The notes beneath the pieces are model-generated. The model saw only the letters and a list, made by a program, of their open reading frames with translations, was not told the DNA's origin and searched no databases. A program made the translations under genes and the position numbers. A stretch of DNA of 64,000 bases from a bacterium (GTDB lineage Bacteria; Patescibacteriota; Patescibacteriia; UBA9934): the NCBI GenBank assembly GCA_027592325.1, contig JAQCKO010000003.1, positions 941 to 64,940 on the forward strand, read 5' to 3'. Below are positions 8,725 to 18,618 of the stretch, piece by piece. Position 1 is the first letter of the stretch. Each line of letters begins with the position of its first letter.

Positions 8725-9819
8725 GTGGTAAAATCTTCGGGTGTGAAATTTGAACATAGAAGAACAGTCGAATATGTAGAATCGGCTAAAGTCAGTTTAG
8801 AAGATTTTGATGTTGGAGATACTCTAGAGGCATTGGCGGGTATTGCGTTAAAAGACGAAACTCAAAAGCGCGTATTGGAACTTCAAGAAAAAAAAAGGGG
8901 GGTAATGGAGTGGTTGAAAAATCAACGTACCAAAATTAACAATGGTGAAAAGATAGAATTGCATGAACAGCATTCGAAAATTTTCCATGTTGTTTATCAA
9001 GATGGCGCTTTCATCGGGAGTGACGGTGAACAAAGCTTTGATTTAACATTAGGCGAGTTGTTAACAGATGCATCTTGGGGCATTGATTATGATCTTGACA
9101 TGGATTCGGTGCCTTCAGATATAGCAAAGCAATATATTTTATCTAGAGCTAAAAGGATGCTGCGTGAATTGCTAAACAGGCAACTGGTTTTAATCGAATT
9201 GGATGTAAATAACGACGATCAGCAGAAGAAGTCCTTTTCAGCTGTTGGTGAAAGACAGAAGCAAGGAAGAGAGCTGATAGCTCAAGATCAGGGTTTTATT
9301 GCTGAAGAGATGATATTAAATTTAATAAAAAAACTAGTCATAGATCACGATTTGCCAGTTGAAATAGAGGAAGTAGATGTTTATGACGATGTGGTTAATA
9401 AAGTTGATTATGTTATCAGGAGAACTGATCGTAAAAGAGGGGTTGAAATTGATGTGATTGATGAAGAAAGTCCTGAACGGATAGGTGTTCAGTTCACACT
9501 CATGTTTCGAAAGGCCTCTATGGTTGGTAAGCGTAAAACAGTCTTACAGGCATTGAGAAGAGGTATGGTAGGTGAACTGCAAGATTTACAGGATATTGCT
9601 GTAGTAAATGTTCACCCAGCATATATAAAGCGATCAGTTAACACATGGAAAAAAACTAGAAAACCTGGCGGGCCGGACAATTGTTTAGAGGTAGCTGCTA
9701 AGGTAGATTTAGTTCAAAAAATGCTAAAAGATTTATTTTCAGAAAATGAAATAGATGAAATTGTAAGTGAAGTTTACGGCGTTGATAGAAATAAAACTAA
9801 AATTCGCAGAACCTATTAA
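8725..9819 (+). CDS. Hypothetical protein, possible PD-(D/E)xK-like fold (cargo)
   Basis: 364-aa ORF filling the cassette; E..DDVVNKVDY..IGVQFT pattern; start uncertain. Confidence 0.65.
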   Translation: MVKSSGVKFEHRRTVEYVESAKVSLEDFDVGDTLEALAGIALKDETQKRVLELQEKKRGVMEWLKNQRTKINNGEKIELHEQHSKIFHVVYQDGAFIGSDGEQSFDLTLGELLTDASWGIDYDLDMDSVPSDIAKQYILSRAKRMLRELLNRQLVLIELDVNNDDQQKKSFSAVGERQKQGRELIAQDQGFIAEEMILNLIKKLVIDHDLPVEIEEVDVYDDVVNKVDYVIRRTDRKRGVEIDVIDEESPERIGVQFTLMFRKASMVGKRKTVLQALRRGMVGELQDLQDIAVVNVHPAYIKRSVNTWKKTRKPGGPDNCLEVAAKVDLVQKMLKDLFSENEIDEIVSEVYGVDRNKTKIRRTY

Positions 9820-9848
9820 GTTCTAACATCCTCCACGATGCGGAGCCA
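9820..9848 (+). repeat. Cassette junction site 4
   Basis: GTTCTAACATCCTCCACGATGCGGAGCCA; downstream hairpin identical to that of site 1. Confidence 0.9.
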
Positions 9849-9936
9849 ATAAAAATTCACCGTCTTGTGCGGTGGATTTTTGTATTTCCAATCACCCTCC
9901 CAGATTTCTTGCCGAAATGATACACTTGGTCACAAT

Positions 9937-10761
9937 ATGAACGTGAAAGAATTTTATAAACATTCATCAAAGGAAATCGTCGATCTATTTCGTGATTTTA
10001 TTGAAAAAGATTGTTTCAGCCAATATCCTGAATTAAAGGATAAGTTGAGCTTCGTGCTCACGGGATCCGTACCCTCGAATCACTATGATCAATATAGTGA
10101 TATTGATTGTAATTTGTTATTCGAGAACGAATCTGATCTGGCCATGATTAAGGAAGCTGTAAAAAAGTATAAGATGAGCTTACGGGAACAAAAACTTCCG
10201 ATTCAGCTTCACTCCCCAATGACGTTTAGCGAATTGGAAAACTCCTTGACCAATTGGAATCATGATTCGGCTTTACGTGAACACGCGGCAGCACTCGTCA
10301 TTTTTGACCCACACGATCGCTATAAAACAATTCAATCGCGGATCAAATGGTATCCAAAAGAAGTATTACAAGAAAAGATTCAATGGCTTTTTGCCGAATC
10401 TATTTTTGCGTTTGAAGATCGTCTTGTTGTGGCCGTGGAACGTGAAAATGATCTCTATGTACGCTCGTTGAGTTTACAGATAGTGAAACTGCTAGCCAAC
10501 GCACTCATCATGATAAATGACCGCTATCCTGTATTTGAAAAGCATATATATTTTAATCTCCGTGATCTCGGTGAAAATGAGTTTTGTGCTCAAATCGACT
10601 TGCTCCTGAGCATGACCGAGACAGATGAAATCCAAAGGTCTATTACTGATATCATCGATACCGTGGAACAACGCCTTATTAAAGCTGGTTTTATGGAAAA
10701 ACAGCCCAAAGAGCATTGGATACAGCTTCGTCCTAAGTTTCAGATTGAAGGATGCGCCTAG
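9937..10761 (+). CDS. Nucleotidyltransferase-domain protein (DUF4037-like; cargo)
   Basis: LTGS..DQYSDID polymerase-beta motif followed by a helical C-terminal domain. Confidence 0.7.
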   Translation: MNVKEFYKHSSKEIVDLFRDFIEKDCFSQYPELKDKLSFVLTGSVPSNHYDQYSDIDCNLLFENESDLAMIKEAVKKYKMSLREQKLPIQLHSPMTFSELENSLTNWNHDSALREHAAALVIFDPHDRYKTIQSRIKWYPKEVLQEKIQWLFAESIFAFEDRLVVAVERENDLYVRSLSLQIVKLLANALIMINDRYPVFEKHIYFNLRDLGENEFCAQIDLLLSMTETDEIQRSITDIIDTVEQRLIKAGFMEKQPKEHWIQLRPKFQIEGCA

Positions 10762-10841
10762 AAGGATTCAATGAATTTTGCAAATGTTCCATGCTGACTT
10801 AGACCTGGTATACTCATTCAAACCTCACAAAGAGTTTTTTT

Positions 10842-11861
10842 ATGGCAGAAAGACCAACGTTTAATCCTGAAATCAGAGAACTGCATGAAGGTGTAAAGAA
10901 GTTTGAAATCGTCGATGTAGAAGGTAATCGGTTAGGAGTTTGTGAATCTGTATTTGAAAAACACCCAACCAATGAACAGTACAAAGTTTTGCAGAGATGT
11001 GAACTTACTGCTGCAAACGGTGAAAAAATTGACTTGCTTCAGATGCCTGATGGTGAAAGAAGCAATGTCGAGGTTTTATTTGTCGACAATCCACGGATTG
11101 AAGAACAATATCTGATGCGTGTTGGTACCGTAGTTTTAGTTAATCGAGACATGACCTCCATTGATGACATTGCCGTATTATTGCATGAGATGGGACATGA
11201 CGAGCAGGCTCGCTCTTCTGATGGTTTCTCAGAAGTTTACAATGCGATGCACATTAACAACGACCTGCCATATGATGATTTTTCACGAGCGTTTCGTGAT
11301 TTAAGCGACAGTTTTCGAGTTCTTTATGCTTATATTGAAATGGTAGATCGTGATGTACCAATGCACGTTAAGCTTGATCAGGATTTAGAAGAAGAAATTA
11401 GAAATGCCGTAGCGGAATTTAAGCGTTTACATTTAGACGATGCAAAAGAATCTGATCGCATTAAAAAAGAAGTTGGTAGGGGTTATCTAGAGTGGTCCGA
11501 GGATGAGGAGCGTTATAACAAAGATCACCTAGCTGGGATTCGGGCCTTATCGTCCTCTACAGAGAGTGTTCTAAAAAAACATCCAAAGCTTCGTGGCATT
11601 TACACCGATATGGTTTTATGGCAGGAACGGGATGCTTCTGACCGAGCACGCGCTCGACTGAACGTTTTTGTCGAACAGGGAATGAATCTTGTTGACGCAA
11701 AGTTTCCTCTCACCGATCGAGAAATAGCTATGGCTGAAAATAACTTAACGCACAAATCGAGAAGGATGCAGGAGGCAACGAGGGCCTATCTTGAAGATCG
11801 AGACAAGACGATCGATGAGCGGCTTAAATTCTCGTATCAAACGTATGAATGTACGCATTGA
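10842..11861 (+). CDS. Hypothetical protein with HExxH zinc-peptidase-like motif (cargo)
   Basis: LLHEMGH plus a downstream ERDA; 339-aa ORF. Confidence 0.65.
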   Translation: MAERPTFNPEIRELHEGVKKFEIVDVEGNRLGVCESVFEKHPTNEQYKVLQRCELTAANGEKIDLLQMPDGERSNVEVLFVDNPRIEEQYLMRVGTVVLVNRDMTSIDDIAVLLHEMGHDEQARSSDGFSEVYNAMHINNDLPYDDFSRAFRDLSDSFRVLYAYIEMVDRDVPMHVKLDQDLEEEIRNAVAEFKRLHLDDAKESDRIKKEVGRGYLEWSEDEERYNKDHLAGIRALSSSTESVLKKHPKLRGIYTDMVLWQERDASDRARARLNVFVEQGMNLVDAKFPLTDREIAMAENNLTHKSRRMQEATRAYLEDRDKTIDERLKFSYQTYECTH

Positions 11862-11884
11862 TTGGTGAATTCTGTTCAACGGCA

Positions 11885-11913
11885 GTTCTAACATCCTCCA
11901 CGATGCGGAGCCA
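11885..11913 (+). repeat. Cassette junction site 5
   Basis: GTTCTAACATCCTCCACGATGCGGAGCCA, identical to site 4, plus hairpin and T-tract. Confidence 0.9.
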
Positions 11914-12014
11914 ACAAAAACATACCGGTTTCACTGGTGTTTTTTTGTTTGTTTCAAAGCTATCTAGAGTGGGAATTGAACTTTCTTGATATAATGAATC
12001 TAGAAGATTGAATT

Positions 12015-13001
12015 ATGCGCAAATCATTCGATATTCCTCAACGCAGGTCAGATGTTGAGAAGCCCCCTGCACCAGAACTTAGGTTCTTCTTCTCTGCTCA
12101 CGGACAAATTCAAGACTATGAAGGTATCCAAGAAGCTTTACAGGATGCTGATGTTTTTGTTGTAGAAGCACACGGATGGAACGAAGATGATCTAAGGTAT
12201 CTTCAAGAAATTTCAGATGGAACCAAGGTTCCGAGGCACATAGAGGAAAAACGTGAACCACAAGATGTTATTGAATATGAGGAAGACTTGCTTTATAAAA
12301 CTGGTAAACGGATTGAAATCGTTGACGTACCCGAAGGCCACGAATTAGACAAAGAAGACGATGGAACAGCTGGGATATCTGAGGCTGCGCGCACTTTTAT
12401 TGCTCGTGGAGATCTAGAATCTGCACTTGCAGCGCTAGATACGGCAGTAAAGATGAATGCGGAGTACATTAGAAAAAAAGATGAGTATATTGAAGGTCAA
12501 TTGGATGCTCTTTTGAAGAAGCTTTCAATTGAGGATCCAAATGCGAAAGTGTTGGTTCAGATAGGATCGACACATACAGGCATTTCGCACGACTTAAGAA
12601 GAGAAGGAATAGCAAGTCGAGTACGTAATAGTGTAAAATTCGATTTTAAAGATGAGCTTGTTCGTTCTTATCGATTCAAAAAATCTCCTGAGAGGGATCT
12701 ATTAATAAAAGTCTTGATTGAAGAGGTGTTAAGAACAAGTTTTCAAGATCAACTCAGAAAGGTGCCATATATTCAGCGAGTCGATTTTTTCAGAAAGCAT
12801 TTAGCAAATATAACTGAGGAACAGATTCAAAATTTGGGCTATAAGACAGAGTCTAAGTTCTTTGATCGAGTGATTATGCGCTATGAGAATTACACACCAG
12901 AGCTTAAGAGACAGATTTTGACTGAATCATGGCAAGTTGTCTTCGGGGCGGCTATCGATGAAAGTATTGCAAAGTTAGTAAATCAGCAGCATGATCGATG
13001 A
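12015..13001 (+). CDS. Hypothetical protein (cargo)
   Basis: 328-aa ORF between two junctions; SAHG, VVE and IGSTH motifs loosely resemble TraB/ChaN-like folds. Confidence 0.65.
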   Translation: MRKSFDIPQRRSDVEKPPAPELRFFFSAHGQIQDYEGIQEALQDADVFVVEAHGWNEDDLRYLQEISDGTKVPRHIEEKREPQDVIEYEEDLLYKTGKRIEIVDVPEGHELDKEDDGTAGISEAARTFIARGDLESALAALDTAVKMNAEYIRKKDEYIEGQLDALLKKLSIEDPNAKVLVQIGSTHTGISHDLRREGIASRVRNSVKFDFKDELVRSYRFKKSPERDLLIKVLIEEVLRTSFQDQLRKVPYIQRVDFFRKHLANITEEQIQNLGYKTESKFFDRVIMRYENYTPELKRQILTESWQVVFGAAIDESIAKLVNQQHDR

Positions 13002-13006
13002 TCTTG

Positions 13007-13035
13007 GTTCTAACATCCTCCACGATGCGGAGCCA
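13007..13035 (+). repeat. Cassette junction site 6
   Basis: GTTCTAACATCCTCCACGATGCGGAGCCA, identical to sites 4 and 5, plus hairpin and TTTGACCCAAATGGGA motif. Confidence 0.9.
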
Positions 13036-13118
13036 GCAAAAGACATCGGGTTTACTGGTGTTTTTTTTGTTTGACCCAAATGGGACTTCGGAACAAGAAT
13101 TTGATAAACTGGTTTTAT

Positions 13119-14009
13119 ATGAAAAATGCATTCAACCTGCAAATCCCTGAGATGAAAGACATTCTGGCAGATCCTGAGATAGAGAAGTCCGTATCGGACA
13201 TGTTGGGAACCGTTTTGAGTTACCTCGGAATTCCAGACGACGCAACTGGGCGTGTAGTTGAGGAAACGTTCGACAAAACGAAAAAGGCGGTGTCAATCAC
13301 CGAATACGAGAAGAATGTACACGCTCTGCTTGATCGCGAGGGCGTAGTAGCCGCATTTCCACATAAGCTACTTGAGCGTACAAAGATCATGGTAGAAGAG
13401 CTTAGACCGTATCTTCTTGAGGGTAGCGTGCTAGATTTGGGATGTGGTGACGGCAAGACAGGGGAACTGCTAGCCGATACGCATGAAGTACAACTAGCGG
13501 ACGTGTTTGAACATCTGCACATCAAGGAAACGGGCTTGGACTTTACGTTTTTCAAGCAGGGCGAGCTTGTACCTATTGAAGATAACTCGTTCGACAATAC
13601 GTTAAGTATCTACGTATATCATCACAGCGACGATCCAATACAATCAATGCTCGAGGCGAAGCGGGTCACTCGGTCTGGTGGGAGAATCATTGTAATGGAA
13701 TCGGTTTATGGAGTGGACGAGTTGCTTCTCAGCGATGAACAGAAAGAGAAAGCTAAACCATTCTTACGCTTATCTGCGGAACAGCAGCGTTTATGTAACA
13801 TTTTTTTTGACCATTTCTGGAATCGGGTATTGATGTATAGCGATGACCCAAGCATGAAGATCAACGTTCCATTCAATTTTAATACTCCCGATGGTTGGAA
13901 GAAGATCTTTGAGGCTAATGGTCTTACACAGGAGAAAATGATTCACATGGGTATGGATCAACCAACCGTTCCTGAGTACCACACGATGCATATTTTGCGA
14001 GTAAACTAA
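13119..14009 (+). CDS. Class I SAM-dependent methyltransferase (cargo)
   Basis: VLDLGCGDG, DNSFD, YHH and RVTRSGG motifs; start ATG 13119. Confidence 0.85.
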   Translation: MKNAFNLQIPEMKDILADPEIEKSVSDMLGTVLSYLGIPDDATGRVVEETFDKTKKAVSITEYEKNVHALLDREGVVAAFPHKLLERTKIMVEELRPYLLEGSVLDLGCGDGKTGELLADTHEVQLADVFEHLHIKETGLDFTFFKQGELVPIEDNSFDNTLSIYVYHHSDDPIQSMLEAKRVTRSGGRIIVMESVYGVDELLLSDEQKEKAKPFLRLSAEQQRLCNIFFDHFWNRVLMYSDDPSMKINVPFNFNTPDGWKKIFEANGLTQEKMIHMGMDQPTVPEYHTMHILRVN

Positions 14010-14092
14010 TTTTTGAATGTGTTTACAAAAAGTTGAATGTATTCATGATAGAAACTGATCTATTGTAGGCCTTTAATGATGCCCAATGCACG

Positions 14093-14121
14093 GTTCTGAA
14101 CCCGTTCAGTATTCGGAGCCA
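14093..14121 (+). repeat. Cassette junction site 7
   Basis: GTTCTGAACCCGTTCAGTATTCGGAGCCA; right half nearly identical to the sequence after the tRNA. Confidence 0.9.
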
Positions 14122-14203
14122 TCAAAAAATCTCAGTTTTACTGAGGTTTTTTGTTTGATCCAAATGGGACTTCAGTACAAGAATTTGATAAACTAATATT
14201 TGT

Positions 14204-14776
14204 ATGAACGTTGCTGAACAAATTCAAAAGATGGTTACCGATGGGGTTTTGATCATTGCCATAGATGGTCATGGTGGTTCTGGCAAATCTTCCCTCGGAA
14301 GGATGTTGGGAGAAAAACTTCATGCCACAGTTTTCCATACCGATGATTTTGCTTCATGGGATAACCCAACCGAGTGGTACGAGGATATGATCGAGCAAGT
14401 CTTTATACCTATTGAAAATGGCGTAAAGACATTGAGTTATGAATTGTCAGTATGGGAAAAAGGTAAATCTCGTGGAAAAATTGAGAACCAGCCAGTAACG
14501 AACATTATCATCGTGGAAGGTGTCGGTGCGAGCAGAGCGGAGTTTCGCAAGTATCTCGACTTTTCCATCCTTGTCGATGTTCCTGAAAGCATTTGTATTG
14601 AAAGAGGGGTAAGTAGAGATCTTGCAGACATGCCCCACAAATCGAAAACGGAAATACGGAAACTTTGGCTTGATTGGATGGAAGAGGAGCGAAAGTATTT
14701 TTCAAAGCATCAACCCAAGGAAAATGCTGACGTTATTCTTGATGGAACAAAGTCGTTTGCTGAACAGATCGACTGA
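14204..14776 (+). CDS. Uridine kinase-like P-loop kinase (cargo)
   Basis: IAIDGHGGSGKS, HTDDF, IIVEG and RD motifs. Confidence 0.8.
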   Translation: MNVAEQIQKMVTDGVLIIAIDGHGGSGKSSLGRMLGEKLHATVFHTDDFASWDNPTEWYEDMIEQVFIPIENGVKTLSYELSVWEKGKSRGKIENQPVTNIIIVEGVGASRAEFRKYLDFSILVDVPESICIERGVSRDLADMPHKSKTEIRKLWLDWMEEERKYFSKHQPKENADVILDGTKSFAEQID

Positions 14777-14816
14777 CAAACTGAGCCATCATAGGCTTAA
14801 CTCCTGCCACTTGACC

Positions 14817-14845
14817 GTTCTGAACCCGTCCACGATGCGGAGCCA
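14817..14845 (+). repeat. Cassette junction site 8
   Basis: GTTCTGAACCCGTCCACGATGCGGAGCCA; the preceding 40 bp (14777-14816) are identical to 20425-20464. Confidence 0.9.
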
Positions 14846-15001
14846 AGAAGGACGATCAGTAGAAATACTGGTCGTTTTTCTTTGTGCTACTGAATAGTGT
14901 GCGAATTCTAGTACTGTATTCATTGGTTCTTTAGCTCAATAATGAATTCCCGTTCTTTCAATTAGGGAGTCTGAACAAGGGCATTGATGAACTGGCTTTC
15001 T

Positions 15002-15090
15002 TCATGCAAATCTATTGGCGAGCAGAAGGTAATATTGAGTCATGACATACTGAATACAAATGGATTGAGTTTGGCGATATAAAAAAATAT
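15002..15090 (+). pseudogene. Frameshifted fragment resembling a NUDIX hydrolase C-terminus
   Basis: SCKSIGEQKVILSH / (frameshift) HTEYKWIEFGDIKKY resembles the NUDIX LS.EH..Y.W motif. Confidence 0.4.
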
Positions 15091-15359
15091 CTTGGCACAA
15101 TCAAAACAATGAGATCGTGGCGATAAAATCAAAAATTCAAGACCTGACCCCTTTACGGTAGCATTGGCGAGTTGCTGCAACTCGGAGCACCTTCCACGGG
15201 TGGTCCTTACGTTTTAAAGGCGGAAATCGTGACAAAGTGAATGCACTTTTTTCTGGCAGGTCTTCTATGGTGGCTGTTTATGGGGGAGGTGCGTTTTGCA
15301 AGAGCTTGCCGCGTAAGGAGAAGAAGTGATGAGAGTTATTATTTGCTATACTTCTTCAT

Positions 15360-18293
15360 ATGGTCAGAAGATCAGAATATTATCGTATCAGTGAATTTGA
15401 GAGAGGTAGTGGTCATGAGCGTCCTCGTACTTCTATGGAGGGGGTTGAGGATTATGAGGCGCGAGAGCAGTCTTTTTTGTACGCTGCTCAAGATGAGAAG
15501 CGTGATTTGAAGGATTTGCTGAATGAGGTGCGTCCGTCGACGAGGTATTGGAGTGGCATGAAATCTCGAGTGCTAGAAAGTTTGCGGCGTATTGTTGGCG
15601 TTAAGGACTATGCGTCGATTTCTGATTCGCTTTCTAGTGAGGCTGCGCTAGACGCTTCTGGCGTTGAAGCGGAGGTTGCAGCCATGCGCGAAGATTTGGA
15701 AGTCCGAGAGCTTGAAGCTATTCTTGCGGAGTCACGTGGATCATCGCTTTTGGCGCGTCTCCGAGAGTTTTCATTTTCCTTTTTAGCAAAGCGTCAGCGA
15801 ATTTCGTTCGATGATAAGGGCGGCGAAGTGTCTAGCAAGCCAACCGCAGCGATCGAGAAGATTCAAAAAGTAGAGGAAAAGCGAGAAGAAATTTCCCTTA
15901 CCGATTGGCTTGAGGCGAAGATTCGTCGCGCTCGAGCGGAACGTATGTCCGATGGAGCTTCGGATGATGAGGTGCGGTTGGTTGATGATGAAATTTCGGA
16001 ATGGTTTCGAGCGAAGTTGGATCATTTTTTTGTGAGTGGTGGTGATCCTACGGATGAACAGGTATTGATTGATTGGCTTGAATCTGACGGTGAAGAAGTT
16101 GTTCCATCGGTTGAGACTACGGTTGTTCCGCGAGATAGCGATATATCTTCATCTGAAAAGCCGGGTGATGATGAAGAAGCGATTGAGAAAATGCTTGCGG
16201 AGATTCGCGGGCGTGAGGGGTTTTTGAATTCACTTTCTAACCATCGACGATATGTTCATGCTTTTCAATTAGCTTCGTTTTTAATGGCATCTGACGGAGG
16301 GAGTGCAGAAGCGTACAGGGATCTGGGGTCGGATATTGAAAAAGAAATGCAAGCAGGATTGGGAGAGAAGGTTGATTTAGAGGGGGTGCTTGAGGAGGAT
16401 CTTGATCATTTGGTGATGTACCGCTCGAATGAGCTTTTGAAAGCGTTTATTGAGGCGCCTGATCATCCTTTGGCTGCGAAGGGATTGCAAATGATGGCGG
16501 CGGAAAATCCATGCTATTTTGCGGGCGGATTATCTGCATTTTTTGAGCAGAGTTATTATAAAGATTTGCTTGAAGAAGTGATTTTTGCTGATCCTCGGTA
16601 TACGCTTGGCGTATTAGCTGAAGCAAAAGGGGATCAGAAGAACAGTGCTCTTGCCGATGAGGTTACCACTTTACTAAAGGATTCAACTCAGCTATCGGCG
16701 GAAACAATGCTAGTGCTGTCTTCTGAGGATATGCCAGCTTTTGAACGTGATAGGCTAGCTGATATTTTCCCTTTTTTGGTACGTGACAATGTGGGCGGTG
16801 AATTGTTTGACCAGATTCTGGGGGATGATCATGCGTATGTGGATGGACTCGTGTATGTGGCTTCGAATGATTTTGGGATTATGTCTGAGCGGGCCGACGA
16901 TACATTGAATGTAATTATGGACGAGCGCGTGGCTAGAATGAATAACTTGCAGGAGTCAGGGGACCCATATGCATCGATTAGGGGGGCGAGTGTTGATGAG
17001 CTGTATGCAACCATGGCCTATGGTAACTATGCAGCTCCGTGGATGGTCGATACGATGTTTAAAGAGCTTTCAGCGAAGATGAGGGAGGATGGCCTGGGGT
17101 CGAAGCAATTGGTTGATCGGCTGGGCGGACTTCAATTTCAGCAGTTTGCGGAAAATCTTTCAGAGGTAGGGCTATTTGATGAATTTTTGGTATTGGCCGT
17201 CGCTGAGCATCGCGGGAAGGCGCTCATTGATCGTTTTATTTCTGGGATTACTTCTGATAATGCTCGTGAATCGCTCGGACATATTACTCAGATGATTCAA
17301 CTCACCTCGCATACGGGTGTTCAATCGTATTTGAAGGAAGCTATCGAGCGCGAGTACGTGACAGCTCGTGATTCTGGCGACAAAGATCAACAGCGTGCTT
17401 ATGGAGTGCTTTCTTCTTTATTTGGCGAAGAAGCGACATGGCTTGATTCTAATGAATATATGGTTTCACCGCAGGAGAAGCTGGCCATTTCAGAGCTCTT
17501 CGATGAGAGTGGTCGCAGTGTTTCAGAGAATCGTTTTTATCAAGATATAGATAGTGATGGGCATTGGTCGTTTCTTAGCTGGGTGCAGCAACAGAAGCAG
17601 CTTGGGTTTGATGTGGAAGATCATGGAACCTTCATTCGTATGGTTAGGAAGCAAGAGAATCGTGTGGTGATTTTGTACGGAAATAAGCCTCAAGCTTCTC
17701 CACACGGTGCTACGAAACTCAAGGCCATGGATTATGCTCAATTTCAGCAGTTTAAGAAGAGTGCTGGACTAGGTGATGGGATCGCGGACGTACCGAGAGA
17801 TCGGTGGGATGACGGTATGAATGGAGTTGCTGATATGCGTGAACATATGCAAGCGAATGGCTTAGATGGGCAGATTTTGGTGCATCGTGGTCATTCGTAT
17901 TGGAATCAGTATACACTTGAAGATGTTTATGATTCGACCAGGCTTGTTATTGATGGGTCCTGCGGGGGAGCGGGGACTGTTCAGAATGCAATTCGTGCGA
18001 ATCCTGATGTGCAGATGCTTTATACTCGAGGGATTGGTTCAACGGGTATTAATGATACATTGGTTCGAAATATTAATGCGTTATTGATTGCAGGTAAAGA
18101 TATCGTTTGGAGTGATTTGCGAAGTGAAACTGGCGGAGAGTTCGGCGCCCTCTATAGCGATGCAGAGACTAGAGAAAAGGCTGAGGGATATTATGATAAG
18201 TATGTTTTTCCAGATCAGAAACAAGGTCTTTCTACGCGTGTTGTGCAACGATTTTTAGCCGGCGATACAGATCCCATTATAACAGCAGGTTAA
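15360..18293 (+). CDS. Large hypothetical protein with C-terminal His/Cys (caspase/CD-clan-like) motif
   Basis: 977-aa ORF; ILVHRGHSY and LVIDGSCGG near the C-terminus. Confidence 0.7.
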   Translation: MVRRSEYYRISEFERGSGHERPRTSMEGVEDYEAREQSFLYAAQDEKRDLKDLLNEVRPSTRYWSGMKSRVLESLRRIVGVKDYASISDSLSSEAALDASGVEAEVAAMREDLEVRELEAILAESRGSSLLARLREFSFSFLAKRQRISFDDKGGEVSSKPTAAIEKIQKVEEKREEISLTDWLEAKIRRARAERMSDGASDDEVRLVDDEISEWFRAKLDHFFVSGGDPTDEQVLIDWLESDGEEVVPSVETTVVPRDSDISSSEKPGDDEEAIEKMLAEIRGREGFLNSLSNHRRYVHAFQLASFLMASDGGSAEAYRDLGSDIEKEMQAGLGEKVDLEGVLEEDLDHLVMYRSNELLKAFIEAPDHPLAAKGLQMMAAENPCYFAGGLSAFFEQSYYKDLLEEVIFADPRYTLGVLAEAKGDQKNSALADEVTTLLKDSTQLSAETMLVLSSEDMPAFERDRLADIFPFLVRDNVGGELFDQILGDDHAYVDGLVYVASNDFGIMSERADDTLNVIMDERVARMNNLQESGDPYASIRGASVDELYATMAYGNYAAPWMVDTMFKELSAKMREDGLGSKQLVDRLGGLQFQQFAENLSEVGLFDEFLVLAVAEHRGKALIDRFISGITSDNARESLGHITQMIQLTSHTGVQSYLKEAIEREYVTARDSGDKDQQRAYGVLSSLFGEEATWLDSNEYMVSPQEKLAISELFDESGRSVSENRFYQDIDSDGHWSFLSWVQQQKQLGFDVEDHGTFIRMVRKQENRVVILYGNKPQASPHGATKLKAMDYAQFQQFKKSAGLGDGIADVPRDRWDDGMNGVADMREHMQANGLDGQILVHRGHSYWNQYTLEDVYDSTRLVIDGSCGGAGTVQNAIRANPDVQMLYTRGIGSTGINDTLVRNINALLIAGKDIVWSDLRSETGGEFGALYSDAETREKAEGYYDKYVFPDQKQGLSTRVVQRFLAGDTDPIITAG

Positions 18294-18294
18294 T

Positions 18295-18549
18295 ATGAAT
18301 AAACGATTATTTGCACTTATTCATTCATCTGATTTAGCGAAGGATGAACAGTATCGATTTCTTGGTATGCTTCGAGCTTCTTCTGAGTTAGATCAGAAAA
18401 AACTGGCGGTACTATTTTTGGAAGACCCTGCTTCTTTGCGAGCTGTTTTCGAAAATTTTGACGCGAAGCGTTCGGCGAAGGAGGACGGGAGTGTGGAGCT
18501 TTTTGAGCAGGCTATTGATAAAGAAAAGGAGTTTTTGCAAAATCTCTAA
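18295..18549 (+). CDS. Small hypothetical protein
   Basis: 84-aa helical ORF starting 2 nt after the upstream stop. Confidence 0.6.
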   Translation: MNKRLFALIHSSDLAKDEQYRFLGMLRASSELDQKKLAVLFLEDPASLRAVFENFDAKRSAKEDGSVELFEQAIDKEKEFLQNL

Positions 18550-18618
18550 AAACGGCTCCATTAACAAGACCCCATTCGCCGTTGCGTTTGGGGTCTTTCG
18601 CCGTGAACTGAGCGTGTC

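Noticed and set aside
15183-15190. CGGAGCAC as an additional junction
   Set aside because: Core mismatched, with no GTTC arm at the conserved spacing and no typical right half; left uncounted
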